Source: Lingula anatina
Lineage: Eukaryota; Animalia; Brachiopoda
Assembly: GCA_051362555.1 (NCBI GenBank)
Contig: CM120640.1
Span: 12,152,001 to 12,216,000 of the forward strand
Direction of reading: 5' to 3'
DNA: 64,000 nucleotides
A program made the position numbers and the translations under genes. The notes under the pieces were generated by a model. The model was not told the origin of the DNA. It saw only the letters and a list, made by a program, of their open reading frames with translations, and ran no database searches. Positions 32,062 to 44,600 of the stretch are shown here, piece by piece. Each line of letters starts with the position of its first letter. Within the stretch, counting starts at the first letter, position 1.

Positions 32062-35000
32062 CTGCAAAACAGGAAGAACAACGGCTGACTGCGGCAACAA
32101 TGAGAGTAACAATCCAATTAACAGACCTACATGCGAACAATATTTTGTTAAAAATTATCTTCGATTGTAAGGACAAACTCAAGAACTTCACCTCTATGGC
32201 ATCAATCCAATCCCTGATGTTGATGAAGGACCTTTCATATGTAACATCATAGAGCAACAGGACACCGTCAGCTCTTCTGAAGTAGGATTTGGCAATGCTG
32301 CGAAATCTGAAATATGAAATAAAAAGAAGTTCGATTATTAAAAAATTCAACATATATGATAATTCACAAGAAATCCACAATATTGAAGTAAAATCCGTGG
32401 AAAATAAGAAAGCAAATAAATTCTCATTCAAATATTATGGGGCTTTCAACGTTTTATTTCTCATCTACATGTTTATACCTATAAACTCTCACTACATTAC
32501 AAGTAGTAGTATATATATTACATAAAAACTAACTTTTTTATATGCTGCTTGAAATGAGAAAAAAGGAATCCGCTTGAATGAGCAGATAATTTACTTCCTA
32601 AACAAGAATAATCAGAGATATCTCTAGAGATCTTCTCAAAACATAAGCAGTGAAACGTGGGTGCACCTTTCCTGTCCGGCTGTATCCCATAACTGAAGTG
32701 CTACATTGTTGCCATCAACATCCAGTGCTTTTGTTTGAAAATCAACACCTGGAGAAAAACAAATGGCTGTATGAAATTTTAAGTTAAACGGTCTACCACA
32801 TGATTTTTCAGAAAAAGAAGAAAGAATAAAACCCATACCCATTTAAAATTGAACGACATTTTCAGGTGCCTACAAGTCCTTTGTTTTTTATCTTCTAGGT
32901 TTGAATCAAGGGAGATCGGGAGTCAAATGCCCAAATGGTTGAAAACTGTTTTAATCTTTACACGAAAAAAAAAAAGACCTGACATAAGTTTTGAGTTACA
33001 AGGAGATACATACCTAATGTGGAGTTTAGGTTGGCTACGAACTTTCCTTTGCACAGTCGCATAATGAAGCTAGATTTCCCGACGGCAGCGTCCCCTGCCA
33101 GTACCACTTTATACATCCTCTCTGGGTCCGAGGTTTTATTAACTGTGACCTGATAGACAATCCATAAATAATGTATTCCAAACAGAATAAGAAAATGATG
33201 TTATGTATCTTTTGACGAAACGAAACTGAAATAGGCCTACTTCAGAACTACAATCTGGCCTTTTTGATAATGAACGTCTGCTCATATACTGTGGATTTTT
33301 TAATTTCATGTTTAACATTCGTTTTATCGCCCAAATAGAAGTATCACAAAGAATCCAACGACTAAATATTACATAAGCCTAAAAAAAGTTGTAACAGATG
33401 TTGCGTACTTGAGATGGTATTGTAGGAAGCTGCCTACGAACACTCCCGTCTCTGCTCCCTCTGCTGAACGTTAAGCTTCTGACAGAGCTCCCACTTCCCG
33501 CTGAGCCAGGTCTTGACCGTGGTGAACGAGATCCCAATTCTATGTCTCGATCCCTCTTACGTACGAGCCTGCTCTGCCTCTGTCCAGAGTCACCATCACG
33601 TATGGACATGGCCTCAATTTCTGTCTCCATCTCATCATGAGATTCGGGTGCCTGCAATACACACGATGCCCTAGTGTAATTCTAGAAAGTCACAATCATC
33701 TACATAGAAAGAAATTAATGTTCAGTGTTTGGAGAGTTAGATAAAACGTTTTATGCATATAAATGTAAAACACATTTGCCTTAAATAAGTAGACGACTAA
33801 ACCCAACACTTACTTCAGTTTCAGAGTCGTGGTGCGACACTCGTTTACTACGACTGATTCTTCGCACCTTTGCTGGTGTGGTTAGCCGGTGATAGGGAGA
33901 CTCGTCAGATTCCTGGTCATTGGCGTCCCTTAAAGTCGAATGACCACTGTCTGCAGAAAAAAATAAAATGTTTTTCTAATTGGTAACACAATATTTAGCT
34001 TTTATCAAATATATCGTTTATTTGATTTACGGGTATAAGTAAACTACTTGTTTGTTAAAACAAACTTACTTCATATACTAATCTCCAAGCGATTGATTAC
34101 ATTTTACACGTTGCAAAATAATAAGTAAATTGAAGAAAAAGAAATAAAACAGAATCAAATAACGGCCACCAATCATACCGATATCATCCAGCATACTATC
34201 AACCTCGCAACTCTCTTGGGCTGGGAGGAAACGTTTTACGGGATCACAATGAACGAGACTTTCTGTCTGGCTTATCTCGTCTGCCAGGGATGAATTGGAA
34301 CTGTGCGTACGTCTGAAACAATTATCGATACATGCTGTAGTAAAAATAGGAGGAAAAGAACTGTTGTGATCGGTGATGTTGAAGATTCGGCTGTTAACAT
34401 TTCTCGTTATAGATATAAATTCAGAGTATTTAAAAAAACACTTCTTACCCGGGATAATCTGGTGGCGGGTTAGGAGAATCGGGTGAGCTGAGATTAGGAA
34501 ATCGCCCAGGCTGAAAAAAGGAATAAAGAAAATAATAATAGTAAAGTAGTATTGAATTTCTAATATAAGCTTCAATCAGTCCAAGAAACCAGTTTAGCTG
34601 TTAGACAGTACACTGTATAAGTGCATTGCATTCTCATAGCAAAGATCTCTACGCTGGATCCAGATTGATGATAAAGAGTGACGTCTAAATGCCGAACACA
34701 AATTACATTTTACGGTTCGGCATGGGTATACAATGAGCCTAGTTTACACTTCTACGTGAATTACCTACTGTACATTGTGTATCGACATTACCGTTGCGGA
34801 TGTTGAAATCTTCCGAAGGGCCATATGAGATTGTTCCAGTGCAGCTCTAAGATCGTCATTGGTATCATGTAGCTTTCTGTTTGCCTCGCTGGAATCATGA
34901 CAGTGTTAAGGATAGTTACATAAATGAAGCACGAAATATCTGTGGTTGATTGTTGTGCTAGGAGAACAGTGGGTGTGGCATTTCATTTTCTAAAACATGG

Positions 35001-38000
35001 TTCGCGGAGCAGGTTTATCAAAATGACCAATAAAACAAAAAATTCCCAAATATACATTCATCAGATGTGTGTGTGTGTTTTGTTTGTTTTGTGAAAAATT
35101 GATACGTGTAATAACTGTTTTGATATTTGTGATAATTTGATTTTTACTTACTGTAACTGTTGCAACTGACTTGTAAGATGTGCTTGCTCTTTAGCGTACT
35201 CCGCCATGGTGTCTTTCTCTCTGAAAAGGGGAAATATTACTTAGAAGGGGCTGGTGGAGAGGAAATTGCCTACTGAAAGCGCTGTACTTCATTCTTTAGC
35301 TAAATCTGACTTAAATTGCTTCTACTGTAAAACAACTTCACACCACAAATGATGTAAATTAGCACCTGCATACTTACAATTGCAACGCTTCCAGTTTCTC
35401 AGCATGGTCCTGTCTCAGGCCTGCCAATTCACTTCGAACCAGGGCCAAGTTCGTCTGGGCATCATTCACAGTTGCTCGTAGTTCCCGGTTTTCTTCGGAC
35501 AATTCTTCAAGCTGACGTTTTAGTTTGCTAACTTGGCCATCTTGATTGTTTTCTTTTCGAGGCTTTTCTTGTAACTGAAACACCATAATTATCATTTTTA
35601 ACATCCACTTATATGTATGTGTGATCAAGCATTGAGATTTAAACATTTGATATTCTGTATTAGATATCCACAATTTTAGTTATGTGCCGAACTTTTCGTT
35701 ACTACGAATAAGATTAAACGCCATATAAGTATAAAAAATAAAAAGCGTTTTCAATGAAAAACTGCAAAGGGGTTTTGCAAGGCAAGGGTGAGAAGGGGAA
35801 ACACGTTGAATCTTTATCAAGTGTAAAACCCGGGAGAATAACTTACATGATGATGGAGAAAAAATTTTTGAATCAAACTTCGAATAAAATCTCCTAAATC
35901 TGCACATAATAATTTCGTGAAGTCCTCATGAAGATATCATTAAATCATTCTTACATACATGTACTTATAAGTAACTTCTTACCCCTTGCAATTTAACTAG
36001 ATTTGTTTGCAGGTTTCGAATTTCATCTTCATACTTCTGCTGCATTGTTTCCACCTCTCCTTTATTTCTCTCCCTCTCCTATGATAGAGGAAAAATGATG
36101 CAAAATTCCGTCGCAACAACAATACCAATATAATTATAGCAAAACTGACTGTTCAAAGGGATCGTAAAGCGGGAATAAAGCATCCATGTTAACATATATA
36201 TATCAAGACTCTTTGAAGCGAAGAGTTTGATATGGGGCAGCAATGTATAAAGGGGGCTATAGCTGCGGCGAATAAATTTTCTCAACTCTTTTGTATGGAA
36301 TCCCAGGAGGGCCAAGCGGAAAAAAAAAAAATTTTAAAAAAAAATTTGAAAAAAAAAAAATTTTGAAAAAAAAAAAATTGAAAAAAAAAAAATTGAAAAA
36401 AAAACTTTTTTTGAAAAAAAATTGCGAAATTTGCGAGATCGCGTGTAATCCCGCGAGATCGCGCGTAATCCCGCGTGGTCGCGCGAAATCCCGAGAGATC
36501 AATCGTGTTTCATTTTCAAGATGAAATTTTAAAAAAACAAAATCTCGCGAGAAAGTGCGAGAAAGAAAAAAGCATTGGCGAATGAGGCAGGGAGGGGCTG
36601 TTCAAAATGCCGACATTGCACCGAACATGAAGAGGAGGATGTCATTTGTAAAGGGAAAACCGCCCAACAGCCTGGGATATTGGCTCCATGCTAGGCCAAT
36701 GCCACGATGAGAAGGGATTTTATGGAGCTAGAATATTTAAAAAAACACTCTTTAGTACCACCAGCATGTACGCTGGCAGTATTCATGGCTTTAGTCCCGA
36801 CCTATCTCATATGGCTCTGCAGGGTGTCGTGAACTACAAGTCACCGTTACCGCTTCTCCTCCTAGAGCGCATTATTTCAAGGTCAAACAGGTCACATTTT
36901 TCTAAAATTGCTAACTTTCTTGTGAAAAACAGTTATTATTGTCTATTTTCAGAAACTAAACAGATCTAATCTATAATACAATGGGCAGGTGTTACCCTTA
37001 GGGTAATCTTTGATCTTCGTGAGTTTGGGGTCATTTGGGGCATTTTCAGACGAGTAGTGGCTATTAGATGCCAAACTAAAAACTCTCTAATTCTGGAACC
37101 ATCATTGCTAGAGACCTTGTTTTTTTCATTTTGTAGAGCTTTGCATGCGCAACACTGCAGGTTTTTTTTGTATTTTTTATTTTTTTCGTTAGGGCTCGGG
37201 CATTGTTCTGTATCAAATAGTTCAACATCCAATATTCAGATGTGAAAATAAAATGTAAAATACACCAAAATTAGCAGAGATACACCCATTGTTACTACTG
37301 AACTTGAATAGGAAGGAGCAAACTGGTAATCAAAAATGATAGGACAATTTTATTAAAGTTGTGCTGTTTTTATCATTGACTTAATTGTTGAAAATGGAAG
37401 TAAACTCATTAGTTATAGTTCTCACTTGTGTACATAGTGGAATTTTCAAATATCATGGGCCTGAATACCTTTGCTAATTAATTTTTTTATAAATACCATT
37501 TTAACTGCATTGCATAATTAAGAATTGGTGGTGATTATGCTCTTAAGCATTATGTAATATAGCATCAAAGGTGAGGGAAAATAAATTTTGGTCACTCTCA
37601 CCTTAATGGCCATTAACGTCATGCTACTCGTGGCTCTCAAACCTACTGAAAGGGTTCTTGGTCTGAATTGTACCTAGACTTGCACCAGTTTGACTGCCTT
37701 TTATGTGCGTTCAATATTTTTTAAATATTAGCATTTTTATTGAGGGATTTAACCCCCAAAGGCATGAAGTCAAATGGCAGTGACCTTTTATACATTATAC
37801 TATTATGATAGACAGTTCAAGGTTGTATCATTACGTAAAATTGTATCAGATTTGGCAAAACAAATTGTGTACTGCCAATAGTAACATTATAAAGAAAAAA
37901 CAGTGACATATTAGTTTGAAAATCCAATAATAATTCTTAAGCACAGATCAAATTGGGAACCCAGCTTGATTGTTTTTTTTTTTCTGAAATTTATGCATTT

Positions 38001-41000
38001 TTATTTGAATGTTCATATTTCTCTTGCTTGCATATTTTAACTGTGAATTTGAACTGACATGGGTCTGCTAGTAACATATTCCTAACAGACATATACCTGC
38101 AATGCTGTTCGACTTCCTGTTAAGCATACTGTATTTTGCATCAGTATTGACAGTTACCTACTTTGTGCATTTTTTAAATTCTTTTTTTGTAGTTTTGACA
38201 GCTATGCTGGGATAGAGACTTTGAATTATATGTATTGTCAAGTTTATTGAAAAGTGGTTGAATTTTTATGTACTGACAGGTGTGACACCAGCATCTCCAT
38301 GCACATAAAGAGATAACACCATCAAGGGAAAACCAATTTACCTTTTTGTCTTACAGAACTTGTGGTTTCATAAAAATGGGTTGTGTAGCCTGTTGCGCAT
38401 TGTATTAATGTATCAAAAAAAAGGAAAATAACCTCTTTTGTGATTCTTTATTCTCTTTTTTCCTGTACAGCAATTTGGAATTTGCAGGTTGGTGCAGAAA
38501 CATTAATATTACATTTTACACATATGTAGATGACTGTAATGCAGATCTTTCTAGGATGAAGTGTCTCCTTAGTTGAATATAACTCTCCTCTTCAGTGGAT
38601 ATTTCTATTGTCAAGTGGTTAGTGGCAGTGAAGTTAGTTGCTTCATTATAGAAGTCCTGTGGCACACGAGCAGATTGTTCATAGTTCAGTGTTTTTTCTC
38701 GTGCAACTTCTGCCAAATCTCTATCACTGACAGTGAATCCACACTGGTGACCGCCTGCAAATATATAGTGCATAAAATATGTAGGTTGATATACCTTAAG
38801 CCAGTTGTTCCATTTAGTCACATAGCCATGCCACAAGAACATGGTGATGTGTAAAATTGACTACGTGTTCATATTTAAAGTAAAATATTTTTAATACAAA
38901 AATGTCTCAAGTTTTAAATATTTCAATCTTTTATATGCTAAACATGTAACTGAAATTGCCAAATTTACCATATAAATGTGGAAATGCATAAATGTCATTT
39001 GGAGCAGCACCAGTGGGTAACCACACCTGCCTTTGGTGTCTTATTTTGTGGTTGTTCCACCACAGTTGAAATGCATCTATATCATGTTGTATCAGAGGCA
39101 AGTAAACAAATACCATGCACCACTTGTCAATGCAACTGTGTCTGTCATACCAACCATCTCTGTGCAAACCCTGAAAAGTATAATACTTGTGAATTTATCA
39201 GTCATTCTATGATATGCCAACGGATTAAAACTCTCTTTAGGAAAGTTGACCAGAAACACTGAAATAATTGCATGACATCAGAATAGTGCGTGATCCAACT
39301 ACAGGCTTTAATAGACATCCTTGTGACAAATGGGTAAATATAATAAGAAATTTACATACCTGGTTCAGTGGTGAAGGCCCCATGATGTGACTATCGGAGA
39401 AAGCATGCTGATCACTGCTATTTCTTCTTAGGAACATTTGGCATTCAATTAAGTCTACATTCTCTGTCCCTGGGTCACTTCTAGTTCTATTAGGGCAGAC
39501 TATTAAAAAACGGTAACTATTAGCACAGATGTTTAAGAAGACCACAGTGTTGAAATATACCCCAAACTATGTTACAATGGCAAAATCAGAAATGGATAAT
39601 ACTAGTAAACTCTTTTAAACCCAGTAGTGTGTGGTTAGATAAGGGATAGAGTTTTTTCAAATTGGTTTTTTACTTAAAACAGTACATTATATACATACAC
39701 AAAAATTTGCGTGAAAATGTATCAATGCATCCATGTATGTAAATATGGAAGAACTGAAACTTGTCATTACCATCCACAGACCAAATCCAATTTGGTCCCT
39801 GAAAAGAAATAGTTGATATTATCACATGAAAACCTAAAATTAAATGTCATTTTGAAAGTATATACATGTGAATAATCTGACTGATACATTCCTCAAATGA
39901 ACGAATCAAACAACTTTTACTGATAAGTGGCTCCATCATACAATTATCTTTCTATAATCTTAAGTTAGTTGAAACTGACAGTATGATGACTTGGCAATTT
40001 TTGTGACCAGAAAGGGGTTTAAGACTAAATAGTTTTCCACATATTGTGTTATCGCTGAAAGTGCATGGCTTAAATGATCAAGACAGATAGGTCTCTGTGT
40101 CTATACATAAAAATAATATTTATCTGTGATTTAAAAACTCGTCCATTTAAAGCCCTTCGTATCCTTAGTTTCCGACCTTCATGATCAACTTCATGCAATA
40201 TCTCTTGCACATCAATTCTTAGGATAGAGTAACAGAATAATATAATTTAATAGAAGTGAAACAAAAATAGATTTTTACTTTCATTTTTTAATTAACTGCT
40301 TAATTGCAAAAATTAATCCTTTGCTTAACTAACCTTTTTACTTTCTTGTGATATTTCTGGCGACACTGATCATATATTCGCCTTACACCTGCCAGTCCCC
40401 CACAAACAACGAATTCTTGTTGAATAATATCCTTCATAAAAAGATATGACTCACACATTAAAATGACCATTTATTATGTATATAACCTTATTAAATTATA
40501 ATTGGAAATATAAATCACTGTAAGATGTCAATATTTTTATTTTATTTGTACAAGGGGGATAATTAAGTTTTGGATTGTAACAGACTTTCTATCAGACATA
40601 TCTATATACTAGTACTGTACTGGTTGGTTGGTGTATTTATGCCATCTCCTCTATTCTAAGACTTGAGTGATCAAAATACTACAGATATTATTTCAACATA
40701 CAGATTGATTCAAAGTAGGCAGCATCAAAATTATTGCTTACCCTTAATTCTTGGACAGGGACATGTTCATGTCGCTTGATTTCAAGAACATTTAACCTTC
40801 TCTTGAGGGTACTTTCACTGACAGTGAAAAAGAAAATAATTAAAAATAATTAGATCCTTTCTGAACTTATTACCTGCTTTAAGATATTCAGTGAGCTGAC
40901 AACTTTAAAGTTTGCCCTTCATGCAATAGGATTTTGCAGATTTTTATGGGAATCTATATGAAAATGATAACACGGACCAAGACTTTTCTGGGGATTCATG

Positions 41001-41557
41001 CCATTTAAAATCACCACTTGTAATTTTCAACAAAAATTCCAGGAGTCCAAGTCATCATTAAAAAAAAAACTATCCAGTGATGTCAGCAGCTGTCCAATTA
41101 ATAGTTAAGTTTGTCACCAAGAAAAGACTTGACGTGGGCGATAAGCAATGAGCTTCACTAACAATAAGAATTAAACATGACATTGATTGACACAAAGATT
41201 TCTCTACAAAAAAGCAAATATAAATAAGCATTTGTTGCCACAAAGAATTCTACACAAAAATATTTACCTCCAGGTAATACCAATGTCCTTTAAATATTCT
41301 AATATCAAAGCTTTGCTTTTTTAATGTTCCACTAGATTATTGAGGAAAACCTTTAAATCTGATATTCAAAAATAAAATGAATTTTTTACATGAAGCAATG
41401 ACAGACTATAGATGACTTATAAGAGATACAATTAAACATACACACATTATAAGGCAATTTCATTTAGTATGCTCTTTTGTTTATTACAAAATGGATGTGA
41501 ATTTTTTCTGATATTTCTCCTCGAGAGCCAGTCACATATGAATAACAGTCTTTTACA

Positions 41558-41614
<57 letters not shown>

Positions 41615-44600
41615 TACTTGTAGCCCAAAGAAAAGCTTTGATAATAACACTGGAGATGTGTGCCTCAACATAAAAGGTGAATTATACAGGTTAAATCCAC
41701 CTAATTCAATTTTATGATTTATATTTTATATTTTCTTAAATCAACTTCTGTTTCATGCTCTCATAAAATAACTATTATTTGAATTGACAAACTGAAGCCC
41801 AAGAATTAAAAATATTTCAATTAATATCATATATGAAACTATTTCAATTCTTATTGTATTTTAACACAAATAACTTGGTAGATCCATGTTGAAAAAAGAC
41901 AAACACTGAATTTGCTCACCAAATTTGAAGTCCTGATCCATGGGCAAGTGCCCACAGTTGACACAATGTCTGATGGTTCTAATTTTTCGGTATCCTGGAC
42001 ATCGACATTGCCTTTTGTTACAAGCACCGACGACACTCTACAAACGTAAATTACAAATGAAAAGCAATACTTTCAACATTCCTATCCTTAACGGGAACTG
42101 TACACGTGTGGTTTCGAGGAAGTCTAATGAAAAATACTGTAAATTTATGTAAATGTATGTAAAATAAGTTAAATACCCAATGAAGACGTTTGCATAACCA
42201 GTCAGTGTCACTGTGTCAGGAAAGGCGACATGTTTATTTAACCGGTGTTGCTATCTTCTTTTATTGCCCCTAGTACGTTCTAATACTAGTAATAGTAAAG
42301 AAATAAGACTAAGAGGACACTCGTCCTTGATTCACTAATAATACTATACGCCACACTATCATCTGCATAAAGAATAAAGAGAAAACAACTTACGTGCAAT
42401 ATATTATCACATCCGCATGATTTACAAATGGGAATGTGAGCCTGTTGTTCATAGTCCGTGCTATGTTGGCATTTTAAACACATCGTGGCTTCTTCCGCCA
42501 TGTTTCTATTCTCGCAATTTCTCGTGAGATATCGTGATTTTTTTTCTCTTTTTCTTGATTTCCTTTTGAAATAAAATTTGCTCGGTATCGCGGGATTTCA
42601 CGTGGCCACGCAGGATTACGCGCGATCTCGCGGGATTACACGCGATCTCGCAAATTTCGCAATTTTTTTTTCAAAAAAATTTTTTTTTCAAATTTTTTTT
42701 TTCAATTTTTTTTTTTTTCAAATTTTTTTTTTTTTTTTCAAAAAAAAATTTTTTTTTCAATTTTTTTTCGCATGGCCCTCCTGGGATTCCATACTTTTGC
42801 CATGATATTAATAATTTATTATAATTATAATTATTAACATAAATTATAAATTATAATTAGAAATTAATATAAAATAATATATTATATCATTCTATTCAAA
42901 ATCACAAATCAAAGGAAAAAAGCGTGAATTGGATGAGAATTAATTATAGGAAACAGAATACCTCAGCACGGACCCTCTGTTCAATTTTCTGAACCTGGCC
43001 CTCCAGCTCATCCTCTAATAGCTGTATCTGTGCCGCGTGGTGTTCTTTTTCTCTGAAAAGAAACCGACTCCTTTGTTGACATCTATTTGACATCTTAGGT
43101 GTATCTATTTACCTTGTTTACAACTAAAGAGGAAAGTATATAACGTGTGAATGCAAGATTGTGCAAATATGATATATCGGGTTAGATTCTTGGAATTATT
43201 TCCGATGTTTCTTTTATGATTTCATTGTTTAGTTATAATGTTATAATTGAACAAAGGAAACCGCAGCCGACAGCACCGCAAAAATTGACCCAGGAGGTAA
43301 TAAAGATCTTTCAAAGTAAATAGTAGCCTGCGGTTGTAGAAGTGGTGAAGATGTTTGATTTGGAAGTGAACTTTGATAAAGGGAAATTCTTCGTAGACTT
43401 CTTACGTGGTTCCTGTTTAGCATCATATCGACATCAATTATAGTTAATGCTTCAATCGGTGTTTATAAATCATAAACAAAAAGAAATATTTCAGGGTTTT
43501 GCGGTGTATATCAACTTATCCTGTTATTTCAAGTCCAACTGCATAACTAAACTATTAAGCGCCTAAGCGTTGTTTCATAATTAACAGACTTATTTATCCT
43601 AAGGCAGTGTACTACGTTTCAATTTACGTCATTCCCTATAGGAACGAAAGTGGGGAAAATAAACGGAAAACTCTCAATGATAAGTGCGGAGATCTGGCTC
43701 AATTAAAACAACATTCCTAGATGGATATTTGTTCTGGTCAAAACTGGACCGGATGCGGCTTTAATGAGGTGCTGTTTGGGTCGATCTAGGACGGACATCA
43801 CACCTTGACCATCTCACCCTGACCGCGCACTTGTAAGGTCTCGATAATGCCCGAACACGCGTGCTCGAAGCAACAATCAAGTTTGGTATTCATGTTGGCC
43901 AGTCACTTTCCTTTGATATTACTATCATGTTCTGCTTTTTCAGACTGAGACCAAATTCCCAAATCACAGGTTATTGCTCATTCCCAAAATGTTACTACAT
44001 TCTCTTTTCTATTCTTACCAAAGAAAAAAAAAAAAAAAACGACCGACAGATAGGCCTACATGTTAGCGCTGTCTATAAAAAAACAGACTACCGGTACATG
44101 AATAATGGTATCAGTACTAGGAAGCATCAAATGCCCAATTTTGCAGTGAAACTTCTGTTCAACAGTATCCCTCCACTGTCATTAACAACGAGGCCCTCGA
44201 GGTTACACGTACTAGTAATGTTTCACCTGCAAATCAATGCCACTGTCTAGTGTGTTCACTCATATTTCACATGTAAACATACACGTACAAAACATAATCG
44301 ATGTAACGTAGCTTGAGCTAATTTCAAATGGTACGTGTCAACTGTAAAATAAATAACTACTGATTGTCAGTCTTGATCCAGTGAAGAAAAGATAAGCAGT
44401 TTTCGTAAAATAATTAACGTTATGAGATAATTGCATGTGTGATGCCCAAAGCAAATAAGTCACTTTCCCTTTCAAATCAAAATGGGGTCTTCCGTACAAA
44501 CCGTGGGAAATCGCGATGTTTCTTCGATATGGGACTGTTTTATATTCATACTTGTAAAACCGTATCTTTTGAATGCACCAAGTGGTTTTCCATTATAATT

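Larger units (their letters stand above)
36294..42793. mobile_element. IS3EU-type DDE DNA transposon, 6.5 kb, defective, inside a RASEF intron
   Basis: Termini tatggaatcccaggagggcca / tggccctcctgggattccata; imperfect TIRs of about 200-290 bp with A-tract and CGCGAGATC subrepeats; perfect 6-bp TSD CTTTTG (36288-36293, 42794-42799); spliced integrase-core gene inside. TAY..RTA ends plus 6-bp TSD fit IS3EU as recalled. Confidence 0.88.

Noticed and set aside
36421-36500. Short CG-rich repeats that look like a CRISPR-type array
   Set aside because: Subterminal TIR repeats with no unique spacers and no cas genes; eukaryotic context.
36291-36524. Lys-rich ORF (and Phe-rich mirror ORFs 36257-36502 and 42578-42805)
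   Set aside because: Translations of the A-tract TIR subrepeats; not proteins.
43241-43426. Possible fourth RASEF start exon (MMLNRNH|gtaaga)
   Set aside because: Donor is phase 0 but the next exon (43052) needs phase 2.
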